Shown here in pieces: positions 11,165 to 22,245 of a stretch of 64,000 nucleotides of DNA. Location: NCBI GenBank assembly GCA_963699545.1, contig CAVOUE010000012.1, forward strand, positions 64,001 through 128,000, read 5' to 3'. The position numbers were made by a program, and so were the translations under genes. Below the pieces are notes generated by a model. The model ran no database searches and was not told the origin of the DNA. It worked only from the letters and a program-made list of their open reading frames with translations. Every line of letters begins with the position of its first letter. Positions within the stretch are counted from its first letter, which is position 1. Origin of the DNA: Nitrospirota bacterium (GTDB taxonomy: Bacteria; Nitrospirota; Thermodesulfovibrionia; Thermodesulfovibrionales; UBA9159).

Positions 11165-13471
11165 CTAACCGGACACGACAGCCGTGACAGCGTCTTCCGT
11201 CAGCAGTTTTTCCTGATAGCCGCACTCTTTCCTGTGGCAAAAGAGTATGGCCTGCCCTGTTTTGTCCCTCTTTGTGAGGAGAAAGCCAGCACCGCAGTTC
11301 GGGCACTTCTTCGGAACAGGCTTGCTCCACGTGGCGAATGTGCATTTCGGGTAATTGCCGCAGCTCCAGAATGACTTCCCCCTCTTGGTACGTCGCTCCA
11401 CGATATCGCCTCCATCCTCCGGACACTTCACTCCTGTGGAAAGGGGCTTTGTGGTCTTGCATTCAGGATAGCGGGAGCATGCAAGGAACTTCCCGAAACG
11501 GCCGGACTTGAGCACCATGGGCGAGCCGCATACCGGGCATTTCTCTTCAGTCACCTGCGCAGGGGGCTGCGGCTCCTGGCCTTCCAGCGGGCGGGTATTC
11601 TTGCAGCCCGGATATCCGGAACATGCCATGAATCTTCCGTGTCTTCCCCATTTTATCACCATGGGCATTCCGCATTTCTCGCATATGATATCCGTGGGGA
11701 TATCCGCAGGCTTTACCCTCTCCGTGGACTTTGTGGCTTCCGAAAGGTCGCGGCTGAAAGGTTTATAGAAATCCTTCACCACCTTAACCCACTTCATTCT
11801 GCCTTCCTCCACGCTGTCCAGTTCATCCTCCATTTTTGCGGTGAAACCGATATCGATAAGTTCGGGGAACTTATCAACAAGGAGGTCGTTGACCACCGCT
11901 CCCAGTTCAGTCGGCGAGAACCTTCCCTCCATCTTCTGCACATACTTCCTGTCCTGAACAGTCGAAAGGATTGCCGCATACGTGCTCGGTCTCCCGATAC
12001 CTTTTTCCTCTAGGACCTTCACAAGGGTAGCCTCTGTATAACGGGGCGGCGGCTGGGTAAAGTGCTGAGAGGGCTTTACCTCTATGAGTTTCAGCGCGTC
12101 GCCTGCCTTCAACTGGGGGAGTATCCCCCCTTCCTCTTCCTCTATCTCGTCCTTGCTTTCCGTGTAAAGGGCCATGAAACCGTCAAACCTCACCACAGTC
12201 CCGGATGCCCTGATCTCAAAGGTCTTCCCGGCATTTTCGACGATGAAGGAGGTCTGTTCAAGGCGGGCGTGTGACATCTGGCTCGCAATGAACCTGTTCC
12301 ATATGAGGGCGTACAGATTGTTTTGGTCCTTCGAGAGGAACTGCTTTATGGCCTCCGGCGGTCTGCTCATATCAGTGGGCCTTATCGCCTCGTGAGCCTC
12401 CTGGGCGCCGCTCCTGCTTTTATAGGCAGACGGCTTTTCAGGAACGTAGTCTTTACCAAACTTCTTTTCTATATATCCTCTGGCCCACTGCTGAGCTTCA
12501 GGTGCAACTCTGACGGCATCGGTACGCATATAGGTGATCAGGCCGACAGAACCCTCCGTTCCAAGTTCGATCCCCTCATAGAGCTGCTGGGCAAGCATCA
12601 TGGTCCTTTTTGCCGTAAATCTCAGTTTCCGTGCAGCCTCCTGCTGGAGCGTGCTGGTGGTGAAGGGAGGATACGGCGACCTTTTTCTCTCCTTCTTCTC
12701 CACCTTCGAGACGGAAAGGGCCTGTTGTCCGATCTCCTCCGCGATTCTCGCAGCGTCTTCCGAGGTCCTGATGAGAAAGCGTCCCTTTCCTTCAGCCTCC
12801 CGGTTTATGACAAGGGAGCCGTGATGGCGGTAAAGTCTCGCCGCGAACGGAGGAGGAACCGGACCCTCCATCCGGACGTTGATGTTCCAGTATTCTTCTT
12901 TCTGAAAGGCTTCGATCTCCCTCTCCCTGTCAACCACAAGCCTGACGGCAACGGACTGGACCCTTCCGGCGCTGAGCCCGCGCCGCACCTTCTTCCAGAG
13001 AAGGGGACTTAACCCATATCCGACCAGCCTGTCCAGAATCCTTCTTGCCTGCTGGGCGTCCACCTTATTGGTATTCAGCCTCCCCGGGTTCCTGATCGCT
13101 TCACGCACTGCGCGTTCCGTGATCTCGTTAAACGTGACCCTGTAAATCTTTTCATTCTTTCCCTTTGATTTGGGATCAGCGATCACCGCGGAGATGTGCC
13201 ATGCAATGGCTTCACCCTCCCTGTCGGGGTCAGGAGCAAGATAGACCGCATCGGCCTCCCTTGCCGCTTTCTTCAGCTCCCTGATCACCTTCTCCTTGCC
13301 CGGGATGACCACGTATTCGGGCTCAAAATTCTTCTCGATGTTGACGCCCATCTCCTTCTTGGGAAGATCCCTGATATGGCCGATGGATGCCTTTACGGAA
13401 AAATCCTTTCCGAGAATCTTATTTATCGTGTTCGCCTTCGCAGGCGATTCAACAATTACAAGGGATTTCAC
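11165..13471 (-). CDS. topA: DNA topoisomerase I with C-terminal zinc ribbons
   Basis: LVIVESPAKA, DPDREGE, SAGRVQS, ITYMRTD, GIGRPSTY. Confidence 0.98.
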   Translation of the reverse strand: MKSLVIVESPAKANTINKILGKDFSVKASIGHIRDLPKKEMGVNIEKNFEPEYVVIPGKEKVIRELKKAAREADAVYLAPDPDREGEAIAWHISAVIADPKSKGKNEKIYRVTFNEITERAVREAIRNPGRLNTNKVDAQQARRILDRLVGYGLSPLLWKKVRRGLSAGRVQSVAVRLVVDREREIEAFQKEEYWNINVRMEGPVPPPFAARLYRHHGSLVINREAEGKGRFLIRTSEDAARIAEEIGQQALSVSKVEKKERKRSPYPPFTTSTLQQEAARKLRFTAKRTMMLAQQLYEGIELGTEGSVGLITYMRTDAVRVAPEAQQWARGYIEKKFGKDYVPEKPSAYKSRSGAQEAHEAIRPTDMSRPPEAIKQFLSKDQNNLYALIWNRFIASQMSHARLEQTSFIVENAGKTFEIRASGTVVRFDGFMALYTESKDEIEEEEGGILPQLKAGDALKLIEVKPSQHFTQPPPRYTEATLVKVLEEKGIGRPSTYAAILSTVQDRKYVQKMEGRFSPTELGAVVNDLLVDKFPELIDIGFTAKMEDELDSVEEGRMKWVKVVKDFYKPFSRDLSEATKSTERVKPADIPTDIICEKCGMPMVIKWGRHGRFMACSGYPGCKNTRPLEGQEPQPPAQVTEEKCPVCGSPMVLKSGRFGKFLACSRYPECKTTKPLSTGVKCPEDGGDIVERRTKRGKSFWSCGNYPKCTFATWSKPVPKKCPNCGAGFLLTKRDKTGQAILFCHRKECGYQEKLLTEDAVTAVVSG

Positions 13472-13483
13472 AGACCACCTCCT

Positions 13484-13657
13484 TCAGTTCCAGACGATTT
13501 TCTTGCCTTCACCATATACATATGAGTATATCTCATCCCTGTCAAGGGGGGTATTTTTCATAAGAAGAGAGACGAGGAGCGCCTTAATGGCATCGAGCTC
13601 TTCGTCATCCGGATGCAATGGCTCGTTCTGAGACGGATTCACAAATCTATGCGCCAC
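13484..13657 (-). CDS. Small hypothetical protein between dprA and topA (57 aa)
   Basis: GTG-started MAHRFVNPSQNEPLHPDDEELDAIKALLVSLLMKNTPLDRDEIYSYVYGEGKKIVWN, at the position often held by smg/DUF494. Confidence 0.5.
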   Translation of the reverse strand: MAHRFVNPSQNEPLHPDDEELDAIKALLVSLLMKNTPLDRDEIYSYVYGEGKKIVWN

Positions 13658-13684
13658 AGGAATACGCCTTCTCTCTCTGAGTTC

Positions 13685-14773
13685 TCAATGCACAAGATAG
13701 AACCTCTTGCCATCAGCCTGTCTCACAATGCCCTTGATCTCCAGACCGAGCAGCGTGCTAAGGGTCGCCGCAGGAGAAAGGGAAAGCTCCCTTGAAAGCG
13801 CATCGATATGCACCGGCTCTCCTGATAGTATATTGCAGAGCTTTTTTTCTTCCTCGGTGACATCGACCCTCAGTTTCTCCTTTGTTTTGACGTAGCCCCT
13901 GAGCATAGGCGCCAGTTCTTCTATTATATCATCCGACTTCTGGATGAGTTTTGCTCCCCTTTTGATGAGCTCGTTCGTGCCCGCCGAGTTGGGAGAGGTG
14001 ATGTTGCCGGGGACAGCGAAAACCTCCCTGTTCTGCTCAAGGGCAGAGCCCGCCGTGATCAATGCGCCGCTTCCTGCTGCAGCCTCCACCACCACAACGC
14101 CCATGGACAACCCGCTTATTAACCTGTTCCTTCTGGGGAAATTCTCCTTGTTCGGTTCCGTCCCGCAGGGGAATTCGCTCACCACGTATCCTGATGAGGT
14201 GATCCGCTCCATGAGTCCCCGGTTTTCAGGGGGATACGCCCGGTCGATGCCGGAGCCGAGGACCGCAATAGTTCTTCCTCCCGCTGTGATGGAATTTGTG
14301 TGGGCAACAGTGTCAATGCCCCTGGCCATTCCGCTCACGATCGTAAATCCTGACCTGCTCAATTCAGAGGAGAGCCTCTCGGTCACAAGTTTTCCGTAGG
14401 GTGATAATTTCCTCGATCCGACGATGGCGATGGCAAACCTATCCTCCTCCTGTATGGACCCCTTCACATAGAGAAGGACCGGGGCATCCTCCGTCTGCCC
14501 GAGCATCGAAGGATAATCAGCGTCGCGGAATGTCACCACGCGGGCATCGCACAGGCTGAGCTGATCGACATGCTTCTCTACGTCCTTCCATCCGGAGAAA
14601 TCCCTGATGTTCTTCGCCTTCTTTCCACCCACCCCTTCAATGGCCGACAACTCCCTGAGCGACGCTTCAAAAACGGACGCCGGATCACTGTAAAGGGACA
14701 GGAGTTTCCTGAAAGTGACCGGGCCCACCTCCGGTACCATGGAAAGGGCGATCCATGCTCCAAGATCAGGCAT
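13685..14773 (-). CDS. dprA: DNA-processing protein DprA
   Basis: [35 protein letters not shown]-terminal wHTH. Confidence 0.96.
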   Translation of the reverse strand: MPDLGAWIALSMVPEVGPVTFRKLLSLYSDPASVFEASLRELSAIEGVGGKKAKNIRDFSGWKDVEKHVDQLSLCDARVVTFRDADYPSMLGQTEDAPVLLYVKGSIQEEDRFAIAIVGSRKLSPYGKLVTERLSSELSRSGFTIVSGMARGIDTVAHTNSITAGGRTIAVLGSGIDRAYPPENRGLMERITSSGYVVSEFPCGTEPNKENFPRRNRLISGLSMGVVVVEAAAGSGALITAGSALEQNREVFAVPGNITSPNSAGTNELIKRGAKLIQKSDDIIEELAPMLRGYVKTKEKLRVDVTEEEKKLCNILSGEPVHIDALSRELSLSPAATLSTLLGLEIKGIVRQADGKRFYLVH

Positions 14774-15968
14774 GGGGCTCTCTTAAGAGCCTTCTCACCC
14801 TGAGACGGAGGGCATTCAGTTTTATAAACCCCTCTGCGTCTTTCTGATCGTAGATCTCCTCTTCCTCAAAGGTCGCAAGCTCCGGGTGGTAGAGGGACCT
14901 TTCGGACCGCCTCCCTGCAACAGAACAGCTTCCCTTGTAGAGTTTCAACCTCACATCTCCGGTGACGTCCTCCTGGATGCCGTCCGCCATGCCCTGGATC
15001 GCCTCTCTTTCAGGTGCGAACCAATATCCATAATAGACGAGCTCGGCATACCGGGATATCAGGGAATCCCGCAGGTGAAGGGTCTCCCTGTCAAGGGTTA
15101 TGGACTCCACTGCCCTGTGGGCAGTGTGGAGGATCGTGCCTCCCGGCGTTTCATACACGCCCCTGGATTTCATGCCCACGTACCGGTTCTCCACAAGGTC
15201 GACCCTGCCGATGCCGTTACTCCCCCCGATGGAATTCAGCGCCTCAAGAAGACGGGCGGGGCTCATGGGTCTCCCGTTGAGTGCAACAGGATTTCCTCCT
15301 TTATAGGATATTTCGGTATAGGTCGGCTTATCCGGAGCTTTTTCCGGAGGCACCATCATGGTGTACATGTCTGCCGGAGGTTCGGCCCACGGGTCTTCCA
15401 GTATCCCGCCTTCGTAACTTATATGGAGGAGGTTCCTATCGGTACTGTAAGGCTTTTCTTTGGTGGCGGTGACCGGAATGCCGTGAGATTCTGAGTATTC
15501 GATAAGCGACTGGCGGGATTTAAAGGGCCATTCCCTCCAGGGAGCTACCACCTTGATGTGAGGCTTGAGGGCATAATAGGTGAGTTCGAACCTCACCTGG
15601 TCATTGCCTTTGCCCGTCGCTCCATGGGCCACCGCGTCAGCGCCTTCCTTTTCCGCGATCTCTATCTGCCTTTTCGCTATAAGCGGCCTGGCGATCGAAG
15701 TTCCCAGGAGGTAGGAGCCCTCATAGACCGCATTTACCCTCAACATGGGAAATATATAGTCTGAAACGAACTCCTCTCTCAGGTCTTCCACATAGACCTT
15801 TGATGCCCCGGTCTTCAGGGCCTTGTCCCTGACCGCGTCCAGGTCTTCTCCCTGACCGAGGTCTGCGCAAAAGGCTATGATCTCGGCGCCATAGGTCTCC
15901 TTCAGCCACTCTATCGCCACTGACGTATCCAGTCCTCCTGAGTAGGCAAGGATTATCTTCTTTATCAT
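14766..15968 (-). CDS. argG: Argininosuccinate synthase
   Basis: [35 protein letters not shown]. Confidence 0.98.
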   Translation of the reverse strand: MIKKIILAYSGGLDTSVAIEWLKETYGAEIIAFCADLGQGEDLDAVRDKALKTGASKVYVEDLREEFVSDYIFPMLRVNAVYEGSYLLGTSIARPLIAKRQIEIAEKEGADAVAHGATGKGNDQVRFELTYYALKPHIKVVAPWREWPFKSRQSLIEYSESHGIPVTATKEKPYSTDRNLLHISYEGGILEDPWAEPPADMYTMMVPPEKAPDKPTYTEISYKGGNPVALNGRPMSPARLLEALNSIGGSNGIGRVDLVENRYVGMKSRGVYETPGGTILHTAHRAVESITLDRETLHLRDSLISRYAELVYYGYWFAPEREAIQGMADGIQEDVTGDVRLKLYKGSCSVAGRRSERSLYHPELATFEEEEIYDQKDAEGFIKLNALRLRVRRLLREPHA

Positions 15969-16076
15969 GTTGTTTTAAGGACCTCTCTTTCTTTGAACTC
16001 GCACCGTGCCGGATAGCCCATAGCTGTCTGTAAGGTATAAACCTTAGCACAAATTTCAGGGAAATATCAAAAAGCC

Positions 16077-16131
16077 TTGACCGGAAGACACTCCGTCATA
16101 TATAATCTAGTTGAGATTAAGTCTCAACTAG
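16077..16131 (+). promoter_or_regulatory. feoB promoter with palindromic Fur-like operator
   Basis: TTGACC 16077-16082, TATAAT 16101-16106, then CTAGTTGAGA-TTAAG-TCTCAACTAG (16107-16131) just before the ATG. Confidence 0.75.
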
Positions 16132-16132
16132 C

Positions 16133-18109
16133 ATGCACGAACGCAAGGTTGATCATACAGCAAAGGGAAGTCACTATGACCGGGTCGCCCTCATCGGCAA
16201 TCCCAACGTGGGGAAGAGTGTCATTTTCGGGCTTCTCACGGGCAAGTATGTGACCGTCTCCAACTATCCGGGAACCACGGTAGAGCTCTCTCACGGCAAC
16301 ATAGCCCTCGACAGCAAGAAATACCATATCGTTGACACTCCCGGGGTGAACAGCCTCATACCAATGAGTGAGGATGAGCGGGTAACAAGGGACATACTGC
16401 TCAAGGAGAGGCCTGCCCTCGTAGTTCAGGTGGCAGATTCGAAAAACCTTAAGCGGACCCTGGCGCTTACGCTCCAGATAGCGGAAATGGGGATCCCCAT
16501 GGTCCTTGACCTTAACATGGAGGACGAAGCAAGGGACCGGGGCATCATCATTAATATGCAGGAGCTCAGGGAAATCCTCGGCATTGAAGTGGTAACCACT
16601 ATTGCTCCGCAGAGAAAGGGGTTCAGGGAGCTGAGGAACTCCATTCTCAGTCCCTCTGTTCCAAAAGTGAATGTTACCTATGGCCCGGTGGTGGAAGAAT
16701 ACATAGATATGCTTTCCTCACTGTTGCCTCAAGGGAATATAGCAAAGAGATCCATCGCGGTGATGATACTTTCCGGGGATGAGAGCCTGAAAGAATGGCT
16801 GGCGGCGAATCTTTCCTGCGAGGGGATTAAAGAGGTGGAACGGTTAAGGGATGAATGCCAGGTAAAGATGCGCGGGACTTTGAGTGGGGCCATAAACCGG
16901 GCGAGGATGGATCTGGCCGGCCGGATCTCAGACAAGGTGATACGGTACATCCCTGCCGAGGGCGGGCGGCTTTTCTCATTCGTTGGCAAGGTGAGCATGC
17001 ACCCGATATGGGGGATCCCTATCCTGCTTCTGGTCCTCTTCGGACTCTATGAATTTGTGGGCATCTTCGGCGCCGGAACCCTCGTAAATCTTTTTGAGAA
17101 GACTATCTTCGGAGAATACCTCAACCCCATGGCCACAAAGGTCGTCAAGCTCCTTGTGCCTGTCGGTCTGCTCCAGGAGATGCTGGTGGGAGAGTACGGC
17201 CTCATCACGGTGGCCTTGACCTATGCCATCGCCATTATCCTGCCCATAACCGCGACCTTTTTTATCGCTTTTGCCGTGCTGGAGGACAGCGGGTATCTCC
17301 CGCGTCTTGCCATCATGAGCAACAGGGTGTTCAGCATCATGGGGTTGAACGGAAAGGCAGTGCTCCCCATGGTACTGGGCCTTGGCTGCGGGACCATGGC
17401 TGTTATGACTTCGCGGATTCTTGAGACGAGGAGGGACAGGATCATCATCACCTTTCTCCTCGCCCTCGCCATACCCTGTTCCGCTCAATTGGGAGTCGTA
17501 CTGGGCATGCTCAGCGCCCTCTCGTTCACCGGGACGATCATATGGGTGGCATGCATCCTCATTGTCCTTTTTGTCTCCGGCTATCTTGCATCCAGGGTGG
17601 TGAAAGGCGAGAGGACTGATTTTTTCCTGGAGATACCGCCCATCAGAAGACCTGCCTTGATGAACATACTGGCGAAGACAGCGGGAAGAGTTGAATGGTA
17701 TCTCAAGGAGGCCGTGCCCCTGTTCATCCTGGGTACCTTTATCCTGTTCCTTCTCCATAAGCTGAACCTCCTGGGTGTGCTGGAGAGGATTGCTTCGCCG
17801 GTCGTCGTAAACCTCCTCGGGCTCCCTGAAAAGACGACCGAGTCATTCATCCTGGGCTTTCTCAGGAGGGACTACGGCGCAGCAGGTCTTTTCACCATGG
17901 CAGAGAAAGGGTTGCTCACACACGTGCAGTCCCTGGTCAGCCTTGTGACGATCACGCTCTTCATCCCCTGTCTTGCCAACTTCTTCATGATCATCAAAGA
18001 GATGGGCATGAAGATAGCCATCGCCATGGTAGCCATTGTCTTCCCCCTGGCGTTCCTTGGGGGAGGACTTCTGAACTGGATATTGACAGCGTTTCATGTG
18101 ACGCTCTGA
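16133..18109 (+). CDS. feoB: Ferrous iron transporter B
   Basis: GNPNVGKS, NYPGTTV, DTPG, NMED GTPase motifs; LEDSGYLPR, IPCSAQ membrane motifs. Confidence 0.96.
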   Translation: MHERKVDHTAKGSHYDRVALIGNPNVGKSVIFGLLTGKYVTVSNYPGTTVELSHGNIALDSKKYHIVDTPGVNSLIPMSEDERVTRDILLKERPALVVQVADSKNLKRTLALTLQIAEMGIPMVLDLNMEDEARDRGIIINMQELREILGIEVVTTIAPQRKGFRELRNSILSPSVPKVNVTYGPVVEEYIDMLSSLLPQGNIAKRSIAVMILSGDESLKEWLAANLSCEGIKEVERLRDECQVKMRGTLSGAINRARMDLAGRISDKVIRYIPAEGGRLFSFVGKVSMHPIWGIPILLLVLFGLYEFVGIFGAGTLVNLFEKTIFGEYLNPMATKVVKLLVPVGLLQEMLVGEYGLITVALTYAIAIILPITATFFIAFAVLEDSGYLPRLAIMSNRVFSIMGLNGKAVLPMVLGLGCGTMAVMTSRILETRRDRIIITFLLALAIPCSAQLGVVLGMLSALSFTGTIIWVACILIVLFVSGYLASRVVKGERTDFFLEIPPIRRPALMNILAKTAGRVEWYLKEAVPLFILGTFILFLLHKLNLLGVLERIASPVVVNLLGLPEKTTESFILGFLRRDYGAAGLFTMAEKGLLTHVQSLVSLVTITLFIPCLANFFMIIKEMGMKIAIAMVAIVFPLAFLGGGLLNWILTAFHVTL

Positions 18110-18250
18110 CCTTTCTCTTGCTATCCCTCCATGTCTCTTACGATAATTCATATCACTGCCGGTCATGGGAAGAGGGGATCATGCGTGGCTTTCGTCTGAA
18201 AATGCTCCCGTCTTTACACCGGCGGCATAATGCATTTATAATGATATGAG

Positions 18251-18943
18251 ATGCCCATGAAAAAAGTGATCATTGCAGAGGATATCAAGGGAGTTCTTGC
18301 AGGGGAGAAGAGTTTCCTCAACAGGTCAGGCATCAGGATATTCACTGCTGCTTCGAACGAGAAGGCCCTTGCTCTCCACAGATCGATCAAGGCAGACCTC
18401 ATTATCGCAAAGCTCGACATGCCGGACATGAGCGGTGAAAGGTTTTGCACCCTCATACGCGATGATGAAGAACTGCGGGACGTCTCCCTCATCATCATCT
18501 GTTCCGATGCCGACTCGGACCTTGAGCGATGCGTTCAGTGCAGGGCGAATGTTTTCTTCTCCAGCCCGATTGACAGCACGCTCCTGCTGCAGGAACTGCA
18601 CAAGCTCCTTCATGTCTCTCCCCGGATGTCGTGCCGCATTCACATGAGCGTTAAACTCCGTGGAAAATCGAAGGCGACACCTTTCACCGGACATACAGAT
18701 AATATCAGCACATCGGGCATGCTGTTCAGGTCGCCGGCACTTCTTTTTGAAGGCGACGTCATCACCTGTTCCTTCTCTCTCCCCCAGTCCATCGAGATTA
18801 CCGCAAACGCTGAGATCGTGCGCTGTGTGGGGAAAGAGGCCGGACGTGACGGCAACAACTACGGCGTTCGGTTCATCGATCCGGGCCCCCGCGTTGTTTC
18901 GGCTCTGGCAGCCTTTATAAAAAACATTGATGAGGCGAGCTGA
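18251..18943 (+). CDS. Atypical receiver domain plus PilZ domain protein
   Basis: KKVIIAED...DLIIAKLDMP receiver fold; RMSCR and NISTSG PilZ motifs, YGVRF. Confidence 0.8.
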   Translation: MPMKKVIIAEDIKGVLAGEKSFLNRSGIRIFTAASNEKALALHRSIKADLIIAKLDMPDMSGERFCTLIRDDEELRDVSLIIICSDADSDLERCVQCRANVFFSSPIDSTLLLQELHKLLHVSPRMSCRIHMSVKLRGKSKATPFTGHTDNISTSGMLFRSPALLFEGDVITCSFSLPQSIEITANAEIVRCVGKEAGRDGNNYGVRFIDPGPRVVSALAAFIKNIDEAS

Positions 18944-19124
18944 GGCAGGTGGCAGGGATGAGCATCTTCAAGAAGGCGGTTTCAGCGTCGGGCCCGGTCA
19001 TGAGGGTTCTCATCGGGGCGGGAGCGTTCGTCTTGCTGATACTTGGGCTGAAAGAGAAGTCCGGGAAGGACGCGGGCCTGCAGCTCTTCGGAAAACAGCG
19101 CCTGAAGAGAAAAGAATAGAGTAG

Positions 19125-19974
19125 TTACTTCCGGCTTTTCTTCTTTTTATCGGTTACCTTTGATGCGGCGTCATCGATCATCTTTATGAGTTTGTCAGCC
19201 TCTGCGGGACCCTGGTAGAGCGAGCCGTCGGGGAATATCACGGTAGGGGTTCCTGATATCCCATTTTTGTCTGCGAACGCTATGGTCTTGTCCACATCAT
19301 CGCTCGTGCAATCGCTCTTCGGTATAGGCTTCTTTTCGAAATTGTCTTCCAGGAGCCGGATCGATTTGCTGCAGATGATGCTTTTTGATTTCCAGTGCGC
19401 ATCGGGATGTACCTTCAGAGGTAAGAGCTTCACGTAGAAAGCGATGTCCATTCTTTTTGCCACCACTTTTTTCATTTCCTGATGGAGCGCTGCACAGTAG
19501 GGACAATCGGGATCGGTAAAAACAATGACTTTTTTCGAAGCGGTGTTACTGCCCAGCACAAGGGCATCCTTGAGCGGTACGCTTGCCGGACCGATTCTTT
19601 TGTCTTTATTGAGTTCATCCAGCCTCTCTTTCGTCTTGTTCATGGCTGCATTGACCTCGACGATAGAGCCGGAGAACGACATATTTCTTCGAGAAGTCGA
19701 CATAAAAAAGTCCCCTCTGGCCTTTGTCCTCGATGGCCACCTCCCACAGTCCTTTTACCGGGCTCATCTGGGCCTTGAGGATCTTTGCATCATGGATCTT
19801 CAGTTTTTCGAGGACCAGTCTGATTTCCTGTTCGCTCAGGCTGTGGCACTTCTGGCAGTTCTCTTCGCACCCGCTGAAGGCATAACTGTACCGGAGAGGC
19901 TGGAACGTGATGACCATTGCAGCGCAGGCTATAAGCCCTGCGAGGATACTATAGTTCACTGTTTTGTTTGCCAT
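19125..19974 (-). CDS. DsbC-family thiol:disulfide interchange protein with N-terminal CxxCH (frameshift near 19675)
   Basis: Signal peptide, CEENCQKCH, SPVKGLWEV, FTDPDCPYC, GTPT; two ORF-track pieces join. Confidence 0.85.
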
Positions 19975-20024
19975 GCAGCTCCACGCCGTTTCAGGAGATT
20001 AACGTATTAGTATATCACAGGAGG

Positions 20025-22154
20025 TCAGCGTCTCACCCTCAGGACACCTTCCGTCTGAGCGATCTTCTGTACGAGGCCGCTCAGTTGCAGTTTATCCCGG
20101 ACTTCGAGGTTGAAATTGATGAACGCCTTCTTGTCCTGGGTGGTGATCGCCTCAAAATGGCTTATGTTCACATTCACCGACGAGATGAGGGCGCTCAGGT
20201 CTGCGATCACCCCGGGCCTGTCCACGGTCTCGACCATGAGCCGGGCAGTGGAGGTGGTCTCATTCCCGGGTTTCCAGTCCACATCGACCAGGCGTGCATC
20301 CTCAATGGCAAGACTTTCGAGGTTGGGACAGTCCCTCCGGTGGATCGTCACCCCCCTGCCCCTGGTGACGAATCCGACGAGAACATCTCCGGGAATAGGG
20401 AAACAGCACTTTGCCGTATGGTAGAGGATGTGGTCGATGCCTTTTATGCTGATGCCTTTCTGCTCCTTCTGGGGTCTCGGTTCCCTCGCATGTACATCTT
20501 CAAGAGGCTTTTCCGGAAGGAACCGGTTGATCACCTGATGAGGGGATACTTTGCCGTAACCGACGGACACAAGGAGATCTTCAAAGGACTGCATGCTGAA
20601 CTCCTTCGCTATGGAATCCATGTCTTCGGTTTTAAGAAGGGCGGGTTTGAGATGATGCTTCCTGAGTTCAACTTCCAGGAGCTTCATCCCCAGTTCGATG
20701 CTCTGTGTCCTTTCCTCTGACTTTATCCACTGCTTTATCCGGTTCTTTGCCCTCTGGGTAATGACGAACTTCAGCCAGTCCCTGCTTGGTCCATGGGAAG
20801 GCGAGGTGATGATCTCGATGGTATCCCCGTTCCTCAGCTGATACCGCAGAGGGACGATCCTGCCGTTTACCTTCGCCCCAACGCACTTGTGCCCCACCTG
20901 GGTATGCACATCGTATGCAAAATCCACAGGGGTGGAGCCTACAGGGAGTTCCTTTATCTCACCCGTAGGGGTAAAGACATATACGACCTCCGGGACGACC
21001 TCACCCTTCACCTCTTCAAGGAATTCCCTGGCATCCCGGAACTCCTTCTGGGACTGTATAAGCTCCCTGAGCCATGCAATGTACTTGGTGTCCCTGTCTT
21101 CCACGGCACCCTTTTCCTTATACTTCCAGTGGGAAGCGATCCCCTCCTCCGCAATATTGTGCATATCCTCAGTCCTGATCTGGAACTCCACCCTTTCGCC
21201 CTTCGGCCCGATCACGGAGGTGTGCAGCGACTGGTACATATTGGACTTGGGCATGGCGATGTAGTCCTTGAACCTCCCCGGTATGGGCGTCCAGAGAGAG
21301 TGGATAATGCCCATGATGGTATAACAGGTTGCATTGGTGTCGGTGATGATCCTGAGGCCAAGCACATCGTTCACCTGGTCAAAGGTAATCCCCTGACGCT
21401 GCATCTTCTGGTATATCCCGTAGTAGTGCTTCACCCTGCCCGAAACCCGCGCACGGAGGCCTTCTTCCTCGAGTTTCTCTTCCACGGTCTTCGCAACTTC
21501 CCTGAGATATCCCTCCTGCTCTTCTTTTCTCTTTGCAACCTTCCTGACCAGTTCATCATAGAGTTCAGGCATCAGGATCCTGAAACTCACATCTTCGAAT
21601 TCTATCTTTAACCAGGCGATGCCGAGCCTGTTCGCCAGAGGGGCATAGATTTCCAGGGTCTCGGTGGCGATACGGCGCTGTTTGTTTTCGGGGAGGAACT
21701 GAAGGGTCCTCATGTTATGGAGCCTGTCTGCGAACTTTATGATGATGACCCGGATATCCTCGGACATCGCAAGGAGCATCTTCCTGAAGTTCTCTGCCTG
21801 TGCCTCCTCCTTCGTCTTGAACTCTATCTTGCTCAATTTTGTAAGGGACTCAACAAGAAATGCGATTTCGTCCCCGAAGATGTCTTTGATGTCCCCGGGA
21901 GTTGTTCCTGTATCTTCGATGGTATCATGGAGGAGTCCTGCGGCGATGGTCGCCACATCCACTTTCATGTCGGCGAGGATGTCGGCAACGGAAAGAGGAT
22001 GGTTTATATAGGGCGTCCCTTCGATCCTCCTCTGGCTGCAGTGTGCCTCCCTCGAAAAAACGTACGCCTTCCTCAAGAGCTCCACATCTGCATCGGGATT
22101 ATAGGAGAGCACCTTTATCGTGAGAGAATCGATAGTTACGTCTTCTTCCGGCAT
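20025..22154 (-). CDS. relA: Bifunctional (p)ppGpp synthetase/hydrolase (long RSH)
   Basis: HD hydrolase (LLHDTIED), ADRLHNMRTL, YQSLHT, EFQIRT, TGS and ACT domains. Confidence 0.95.
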   Translation of the reverse strand: MPEEDVTIDSLTIKVLSYNPDADVELLRKAYVFSREAHCSQRRIEGTPYINHPLSVADILADMKVDVATIAAGLLHDTIEDTGTTPGDIKDIFGDEIAFLVESLTKLSKIEFKTKEEAQAENFRKMLLAMSEDIRVIIIKFADRLHNMRTLQFLPENKQRRIATETLEIYAPLANRLGIAWLKIEFEDVSFRILMPELYDELVRKVAKRKEEQEGYLREVAKTVEEKLEEEGLRARVSGRVKHYYGIYQKMQRQGITFDQVNDVLGLRIITDTNATCYTIMGIIHSLWTPIPGRFKDYIAMPKSNMYQSLHTSVIGPKGERVEFQIRTEDMHNIAEEGIASHWKYKEKGAVEDRDTKYIAWLRELIQSQKEFRDAREFLEEVKGEVVPEVVYVFTPTGEIKELPVGSTPVDFAYDVHTQVGHKCVGAKVNGRIVPLRYQLRNGDTIEIITSPSHGPSRDWLKFVITQRAKNRIKQWIKSEERTQSIELGMKLLEVELRKHHLKPALLKTEDMDSIAKEFSMQSFEDLLVSVGYGKVSPHQVINRFLPEKPLEDVHAREPRPQKEQKGISIKGIDHILYHTAKCCFPIPGDVLVGFVTRGRGVTIHRRDCPNLESLAIEDARLVDVDWKPGNETTSTARLMVETVDRPGVIADLSALISSVNVNISHFEAITTQDKKAFINFNLEVRDKLQLSGLVQKIAQTEGVLRVRR

Positions 22155-22245
22155 ATCCTATTATACACCTTTTATTTTCTCCCCATCACGGTTGCCATCA
22201 CGAGTGAAAAACCTGAGAAAGGATAAAGCACGGAGAGAGCTGGGG

